Shown here: positions 6,480-11,535 of the stretch, piece by piece | Layout: each line of letters opens with the position of its first letter | Numbering within the stretch: the first letter of the stretch is position 1 | From: Planctomycetota bacterium | Lineage (GTDB): Bacteria > Planctomycetota > GCA-002687715 > DRQF01 | DNA length: 11,535 bases | Direction of reading: 5' to 3' | NCBI GenBank assembly: GCA_036479435.1 | Contig: JAZGFI010000148.1 | Coordinates: 1 to 11,535 of the forward strand | Notes under the pieces: model-generated | What the model was told of the DNA's origin: nothing | The model's input: only the letters and a program-made list of their open reading frames with translations | Databases searched by the model: none | Translations under genes and position numbers: made by a program

Positions 6480-8828
6480 TTGTTTCGTGGCCTCATTTTT
6501 CCCTGCCTGTTGCTGATGGCCGGGAGCCTCCTGGGACAGGCTGACGCGCCCAAGCCAGCGGCCGAGGCATCGTCGTCCTGGTCCCTGGATTCGGGTCTAG
6601 AGCAGTTCTTCGGCGCCCATTGCAACGATTGCCACAGCCGGCCCGATCCCGATGCCGGATTGGATCTTTCATCGATGAAGACCTGGAAGGATCGCGACCG
6701 GGTTCAACGGGTCATTCGTTGGGCTCGCCGCCGGGTCCAGGGCCAAGAGATGCCACCGCCCGACACAGACCAGCCCAGGCCCGCCGAAAAAGCATCTTTC
6801 GTTGCGGCCGCCAACAAGATGCTGCGACGCATGGCCGACGAAGATCCGCAGGGTCCCGGTCGGGTGCGGGTGCGGCGCCTCAGTCGCTATGAATTCGAAC
6901 GCACGGTCGTGGACATCTTGGGCGTCAAGTCGAAGCTCATCGAGTCGCTTCCGGCCGACGACCTGGGGTACGGCTTCGACAACATCGGCGGGGCGATGTC
7001 GTTTTCATTGCTGCACCTGGAGAAGTTCCAAGCGTTGGCTGAAGACCTCGCCGAACGCGCCCTCCGCGACGAAGACCCCGACAATCCAGCTCGACGACGT
7101 TTCGTAGCTGCCGACATGACGGTCGTGACCGGCGAGCCCGGAATGGACTCGCATGCGAACCTCTTTGCTTCCGCCACCATCGGGCAGATCGTGAAGTTGC
7201 CTCGGGACGGTGAGTACTTAATCCGCGTGCAAGCCTGGGGCGACCAAGCTGGCGACGAGGCGGCACGCCTCGACGTCGAGATCGACAATGTTGGGTGGAG
7301 ATCATTCGATGTCAGCGCGACGAGAAACAAAGCCAAGATCTACGAACAGCGCACAAAATTGAAAACCGGCGTTAACTCCATCACCTTGGGATTCAACAAC
7401 GATTTCTACCGCCCCAATCACCCCGACAAAAATGCACGTGATCGCAACCTTCACTTGCAGTGGATGGAGATCGTGGGCCCCCTCGACGCCCAGGATCCAA
7501 CCAAGGCCGAAGCTTGGCTGGTTGACCGCAAGAGCAATCGTCCGTTCAAAAGGAGACTCAAGCGGCTCGTTCGCGACATGATCGCGCGAATCTGGCGGCG
7601 GCCAGCGACGGGATCCGAATCGAATCGTCTGTCGAAGCTGATCTTGAAGGAGTACGAAGTCAGCAACAATGAGGTGCTCTCCTTGAGGTTGGGACTCCAA
7701 GCGCTGCTTAGCTCACCGCATTTTTTGTTCCGTATGGAGCCGGGATCTTTGCGCGGGAAGAAAGGCCGAACCTACGAGCTCTCGAATTTTTCCTTGGCCA
7801 CGCGGCTCTCTTACTTTCTGTGGAGCATGGGGCCCGACGCCGCCCTGTTGGAACTCGCCGCCAAAAAGAAGCTCTCAGAGCCTGCGGTTCTGACGGCCCA
7901 AGTCGATCGGATGCTGAAGGATCAAAAGTCCCGAGCGCTCGCGGAAAACTTCGCGGCGCAATGGTTGGAGATCAGAAACTTAGATGCCGCGACGCCGGAC
8001 CCAGAGCGCTTCGCCGGCTTCGATGACGAACTCAAAGAGTCCATGGGGCAAGAGACGATCGAGTTTTTTGATCACATCTTGCGGCAGCGACGTCCGGTTA
8101 GCGAACTCATCGACGCTAACTACAGCTTATTGAACGACAGACTCGCGGTTCATTACGGCGTCAAAAAAGACCGCGCAGAGGGCGATGCCAACGGCTTTCG
8201 ACGCCACGAGTTTTCCCAAGGGAATCGCGGTGGCCTGTTGGGGCAAGCGGCCATCTTGGTGGTGACCTCTAACCCCACCCGCACCTCCCCGGTCAAAAGG
8301 GGCAAGTGGGTTCTCGACAACTTATTAGATGCACCGCCGGCCGCGCCCCCGCCGGGCAACGATAGTTTCGCGGGCGGCGAAGAGGGGATTAACTCAACCG
8401 CGAGCTTGCGTGAACGGCTGGCGAAGCACCGCGAAGATCCTCTCTGCGCCTCTTGCCATGTCAAGATGGATGCCCTCGGATTCGGGTTCGAGAACTACGA
8501 TGTCTTAGGGCGTTGGCGCACGAGTGACGAAGGTGGCATTATTGATGCCAGTGCGGTCTTGCCCAACGGGTCCAAGCTCGCCACGCCCGTTGACCTCAAG
8601 CGAATCATTGCCGCCGACCCGGACCTGCCCCTGGCGATTGCGAAGAAACTATTCGTGTACGCGGTCGGCCGCGAAGCCAAACCTGCCGACGTCACCCGAT
8701 TGGAAGGCTCCCTTGCGGAAAAAAAGGCTTCAAGATCCAAGCCCCTCAATCTCCGCGATCTGGTTATGTTGGTTGTGACTTCCGATGCTTTCCGTCTGCG
8801 TCGCGCCGCGCGCGTGAAAAGGAACTAG
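6480..8828 (+). CDS. DUF1592-family planctomycete cytochrome c protein (cytochrome c, DUF1587, CBM60-like insert, DUF1595, DUF1592, DUF1588, DUF1585)
   Basis: TTG at 6480 is 7 nt after GGAGG (TTG at 6474 is an alternative); signal peptide. CNDCH (6621-6635) with EMPP; RRLSRYEFERTVVDILG; LPADDLGYGFDNIG; LLSSPHFLFR; LATRLSYFLWSMGPD; NFAAQWL; RGGLLGQA; TSPVKRGKWVLDNLL; CASCH (8445-8459); GFGFENYD. Confidence 0.92.
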   Translation: MFRGLIFPCLLLMAGSLLGQADAPKPAAEASSSWSLDSGLEQFFGAHCNDCHSRPDPDAGLDLSSMKTWKDRDRVQRVIRWARRRVQGQEMPPPDTDQPRPAEKASFVAAANKMLRRMADEDPQGPGRVRVRRLSRYEFERTVVDILGVKSKLIESLPADDLGYGFDNIGGAMSFSLLHLEKFQALAEDLAERALRDEDPDNPARRRFVAADMTVVTGEPGMDSHANLFASATIGQIVKLPRDGEYLIRVQAWGDQAGDEAARLDVEIDNVGWRSFDVSATRNKAKIYEQRTKLKTGVNSITLGFNNDFYRPNHPDKNARDRNLHLQWMEIVGPLDAQDPTKAEAWLVDRKSNRPFKRRLKRLVRDMIARIWRRPATGSESNRLSKLILKEYEVSNNEVLSLRLGLQALLSSPHFLFRMEPGSLRGKKGRTYELSNFSLATRLSYFLWSMGPDAALLELAAKKKLSEPAVLTAQVDRMLKDQKSRALAENFAAQWLEIRNLDAATPDPERFAGFDDELKESMGQETIEFFDHILRQRRPVSELIDANYSLLNDRLAVHYGVKKDRAEGDANGFRRHEFSQGNRGGLLGQAAILVVTSNPTRTSPVKRGKWVLDNLLDAPPAAPPPGNDSFAGGEEGINSTASLRERLAKHREDPLCASCHVKMDALGFGFENYDVLGRWRTSDEGGIIDASAVLPNGSKLATPVDLKRIIAADPDLPLAIAKKLFVYAVGREAKPADVTRLEGSLAEKKASRSKPLNLRDLVMLVVTSDAFRLRRAARVKRN

Positions 8829-8834
8829 ACTCCC

Positions 8835-10190
8835 ATGGCTAACGTCAACCGAAAGTTCAAGCTCGACCGACGGACTTTCCTGAGGGGGAGTGGCGTTTGC
8901 CTGGGACTTCCCTGGCTCGATGCCATGGTACCAGCCTTTGGTCATTTTGCAGATATAGAGCGCACAGCACCTCAACGCTTTGCCTTCATGTTCGCGCCCA
9001 ACGGCATGAAGATGGACGACTGGACCCCGAAGTCTAAAGGCAAGCTGGGGAAACTCCCCTTCATCCTCAAGCCGCTCCAAGATCTAAGATCAGAGATCAC
9101 GGTCCTCAGTCGTCTTGACCTTGAAGGCGGCCAGGCTCAGGGAGATGGCCCCGGTGACCACGCTCGTGCCTCCGCGAGTTTTCTGACCAGCGCTCACCCC
9201 AAAAAGACGGGGGGCGCGGACATCATGAATGGTGTATCCATCGACCAAAGGCTGGCGGAGCACATGGGACAAAGTACGCGCTTCGCGTCGCTCGAACTGG
9301 GGATGGAACGAGGGCGTTCCGCCGGGAACTGCGACAGCGGTTATAGCTGCGCCTACACCAACAACATCTCCTGGCGCAGCCCCACAACGCCCGTCGCCAA
9401 AGAAACTCAACCCCGCGCCGTGTTTCAGCGACTCTTTGGCGACCTTGATTCCGCCGAGGGCCGCGCCGCCCAGCTTGAACGCGAGCGGCGCCGTCAGAGT
9501 GTTCTAGATTTCGCCCTCGACGATGCAAAAAAACTCCGCTCGAAACTGGGCGCTCAGGACCGCGCCAAGCTCGATGATTACTTCGACGCCGTCCGGCGTC
9601 TAGAAAAACGACTCTCGGCCAAACCCAACGACAACAAAGCGGCGGTATCCCCACCCAAAAACTTACTCAGCGGCAACGGCGGCGGTTTCGAGAATCGGCT
9701 CGACCTCATGTACGAGGTTTTAACGCTCGCGTTACAATCTGACAGCACTCGCATCGCGACCTTTATGCTCGGTAACGCCGGCAGCAACCGCAGCTACCGC
9801 TTCCTCGGTGTGGCTAGCGGTCATCACGTCCTTTCCCACCACGGTGAAGATCCCGAGGCGCTCAAAAAGCTGGCCAAGATCAGCCACTTTCACATCGACG
9901 CTTTTTTTCGTTTCTTGCGCCGCCTCGCCGACATCAAAGAAGCCGATACGACGCTGCTCAGAAACTCCCTCATTCTCTACGGCTCGGGTCTTGCCCATTC
10001 CGACCACCACCATCACCGCGGACTACCGCTGCTCGTGGCGGGCCGAGCCCGAGGTCGCGTTAAGGCTGGCCGCCATCTCGTCTTCAAAAAAGGCACCCCG
10101 GCGGCAAACCTCTACCTTTCGATCCTCAAAAAGGCCGGCGCCAAAGACGCCCAATTCGGCGACAGCACGGGGGTTCTCCCCAGTTTTTGA
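8835..10190 (+). CDS. DUF1552 (HXXSHH) family protein, 451 aa
   Basis: Tat-like LDRRTFLRGSGVCLGLPWLDAM; motifs APNG, GDGPGDHAR, SIDQ, GNCDSGYSCAYTNNISW, PRAVFQRLFG, SVLD, GHHVLSHH, ANLYLSIL, FGDSTG. Starts 6 nt after the DUF1592 gene, its usual partner. Confidence 0.93.
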   Translation: MANVNRKFKLDRRTFLRGSGVCLGLPWLDAMVPAFGHFADIERTAPQRFAFMFAPNGMKMDDWTPKSKGKLGKLPFILKPLQDLRSEITVLSRLDLEGGQAQGDGPGDHARASASFLTSAHPKKTGGADIMNGVSIDQRLAEHMGQSTRFASLELGMERGRSAGNCDSGYSCAYTNNISWRSPTTPVAKETQPRAVFQRLFGDLDSAEGRAAQLERERRRQSVLDFALDDAKKLRSKLGAQDRAKLDDYFDAVRRLEKRLSAKPNDNKAAVSPPKNLLSGNGGGFENRLDLMYEVLTLALQSDSTRIATFMLGNAGSNRSYRFLGVASGHHVLSHHGEDPEALKKLAKISHFHIDAFFRFLRRLADIKEADTTLLRNSLILYGSGLAHSDHHHHRGLPLLVAGRARGRVKAGRHLVFKKGTPAANLYLSILKKAGAKDAQFGDSTGVLPSF

Positions 10191-10295
10191 ATTTCTTGGC
10201 ACAGACCCCCGGCCTGAGGTCCTATTTCTATTGATTGCTCCAACGAGTACGTACACTCCTTAGCAACCCATTCATACCGCGGACACCCGAACTCC

Positions 10296-11201
10296 ATGAA
10301 AACTCACTTCGCCTTAACCGTCGCCGTTTTGGCCTGCCTCAGCTTGGCGGCTCCAATGTTTGCGCAAGATTCCAAACCGACCTCGCGCGGAACCAGCAAG
10401 CCCACGTCGCAAAAAGCCAAGACGCCCAAGCACATCAACCCCGTGGTGTTGATCAAGACTTCACTGGGCGACATCGAACTCGAACTCTTCGAACTCCAGG
10501 CCCCCAAGACCGTCGCGAACTTCATCGCCCTCGCCGAGGGCAGCAAAGAATTCACCGACGCCAAGACTCGCCAGAAGGTGAAGCGTCCCTTCTACGACGG
10601 CCTCAACTTTCACCGCTGCATGAGCAACTTCATGGCCCAAGGCGGTTGCCCCCTCGGCAATGGCGGCGGCGACCCCGGCTACAGTTTCGAAGACGAAATC
10701 AACGCCACGTCTTTCGGCTATCACAAAGAAAAGATGATGGTCAACGACCGCCCCCACCAGATCATGGGCCGCGTCAACCCCAGCACTTGGCAGTCAAAGA
10801 TCATGCAACCGATTTTCGATTCGCTCAACATCAAAAACCAAACCGACCTCGACGCCAAACGCACAGAGGTTAAAGACAAGATCGCCGCGATGACCCTCCT
10901 CGAAGGTCTCGAGTGCATGGGCTACCGCTACAACGACAAGCTGCCCGCTTCGACCAAACCGAAAAAGGGCACCATCGCCATGGCCAACTCCGGGCCCAAC
11001 ACCAACGGCTCGCAGTTCTTCATCAGCGTCGTCGACAACGACTACCTCGCCGGTAAGCACACCGTCTTCGGCAAAGTCACCAAGGGCTACAAACTGGTCG
11101 AAAAGATCGTCGAACTCGGCGACTCCAACAAAACCAGCCCCCCCCAACTCACCAAGATCATCTCCATCCGCCTCCTCAAAGCCGCCTCCAAGAAGAAGTG
11201 A
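10296..11201 (+). CDS. Secreted cyclophilin-type peptidyl-prolyl cis-trans isomerase with a large internal insertion, 301 aa
   Basis: Signal peptide; IKTSLGDIELELF, APKTVANFIALAEG, FYDGLNFHR, FMAQGGCP, GTIAMANSGPNTNGSQFFI, LAGKHTVFGKV. Confidence 0.95.
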   Translation: MKTHFALTVAVLACLSLAAPMFAQDSKPTSRGTSKPTSQKAKTPKHINPVVLIKTSLGDIELELFELQAPKTVANFIALAEGSKEFTDAKTRQKVKRPFYDGLNFHRCMSNFMAQGGCPLGNGGGDPGYSFEDEINATSFGYHKEKMMVNDRPHQIMGRVNPSTWQSKIMQPIFDSLNIKNQTDLDAKRTEVKDKIAAMTLLEGLECMGYRYNDKLPASTKPKKGTIAMANSGPNTNGSQFFISVVDNDYLAGKHTVFGKVTKGYKLVEKIVELGDSNKTSPPQLTKIISIRLLKAASKKK

Positions 11202-11229
11202 TCGACTAAGCGCAGACACCAAGAACAGC

Positions 11230-11272
11230 AGCGGCGGGTGAGAGCTTCAACTCTCACCCGCCGCTTTCATTT
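11230..11272 (+). terminator. Intrinsic terminator of the cyclophilin gene
   Basis: Perfect 15-bp stem AGCGGCGGGTGAGAG-CTTCAA-CTCTCACCCGCCGCT followed by TTCATTT. Confidence 0.85.
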
Positions 11273-11408
11273 GCCCTTCAATTCTCGCTTCCGGCACCGG
11301 CGACCCGAACGGAATCTACGATTGGGGCGTGCCCGCCGGCACCCTGCCCACCGGATTTACTCTGGATGGTGTCATACCCGACCACGCCGGGTGACCCTAC
11401 CTACCGGC
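11266..11408 (+). pseudogene. Possible remnant of the 3' end of a secreted-protein gene
   Basis: Start-less frame reads FICPSILASGTGDPNGIYDWGVPAGTLPTGFTLDGVIPDHAG*PYLP with GC-ending codons; it abuts the IS end. Confidence 0.4.
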
Positions 11409-11535
11409 CAATGCCATTAACTTAACGCTTCGATTTCTCGCGCCATCGCCGCCCATGAGCTCCCCACTTCGGTAATGGCTTAAACGATCGCCTCGGGTAA
11501 TGCCGGCCGGGCCGTGGCGGTTCAAGTTTGGTCGC
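11409..11535 (-). mobile_element. Terminal part of a probable IS4-family insertion sequence
   Basis: CAATGCCATTAACTTAA at 11409-11425 resembles the IS4-type inverted repeat (TAATGCCRnTCAGTTAAG). The transposase-like stop codon lies inside it. Confidence 0.78.
11422..11535 (-). CDS. Transposase C-terminal fragment (IS4-like), 5' part outside the window
   Basis: Reads ATKLEPPRPGRHYPRRSFKPLPKWGAHGRRWREKSKR*; RPGRxxPR..K...W is a basic tail typical of IS4-family transposases. Confidence 0.72.
   Translation of the reverse strand, partial: ATKLEPPRPGRHYPRRSFKPLPKWGAHGRRWREKSKR

Noticed and set aside
6401..6625. 75-aa N-terminal extension of the 702-aa ORF
   Set aside because: It overlaps the divergent gene's signal-peptide region and is not protein-like; the cNMP domain begins right after Met at 6400.
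10231..10257. Sigma-70-like TTGATT...TACACT before the cyclophilin gene
   Set aside because: The spacer is only 15 nt; possible, but too weak to call.
10235..10873. 212-aa Arg/Gln-rich overlapping ORF
   Set aside because: It is an alternative frame of the codon-biased cyclophilin gene.
11238..11420. 60-aa ORF, or selenocysteine readthrough at TGA 11392
   Set aside because: The ORF starts inside the terminator stem and ends in the IS repeat. The TGA frame has no start codon and no evident SECIS or redox motif.
1..11535. Composite transposon carrying the whole window
   Set aside because: The two ends resemble different IS families with unrelated inverted repeats, and the left element sits inside a gene. 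Independent insertions explain this better.

Overview
GC-rich bacterial segment that looks Planctomycetota-like (DUF1592/DUF1552 pair, several secreted proteins); the taxonomy is inferred. Seven genes: an IS-interrupted secreted beta-propeller gene (-), a secreted parallel beta-helix protein with a distinctive C-terminal domain (+), a secreted hypothetical protein with RG-rich loops (+), an aspartate ammonia-lyase fused to an N-terminal cNMP-binding-type domain (-), a divergent DUF1592 cytochrome c / DUF1552 pair (+), and a secreted cyclophilin with a large insertion (+). Both ends carry insertion-sequence termini that the ORF track missed: ISKra4-like at 1-127 and IS4-like at 11409-11535. Each is exactly 127 bp, suggesting the window is a whole contig broken at multicopy ISs (k=127). 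The best candidate for new biology is the cNMP-domain-AspA fusion with a non-canonical ligand pocket. All calls come from motif recognition by eye; no searches were run.
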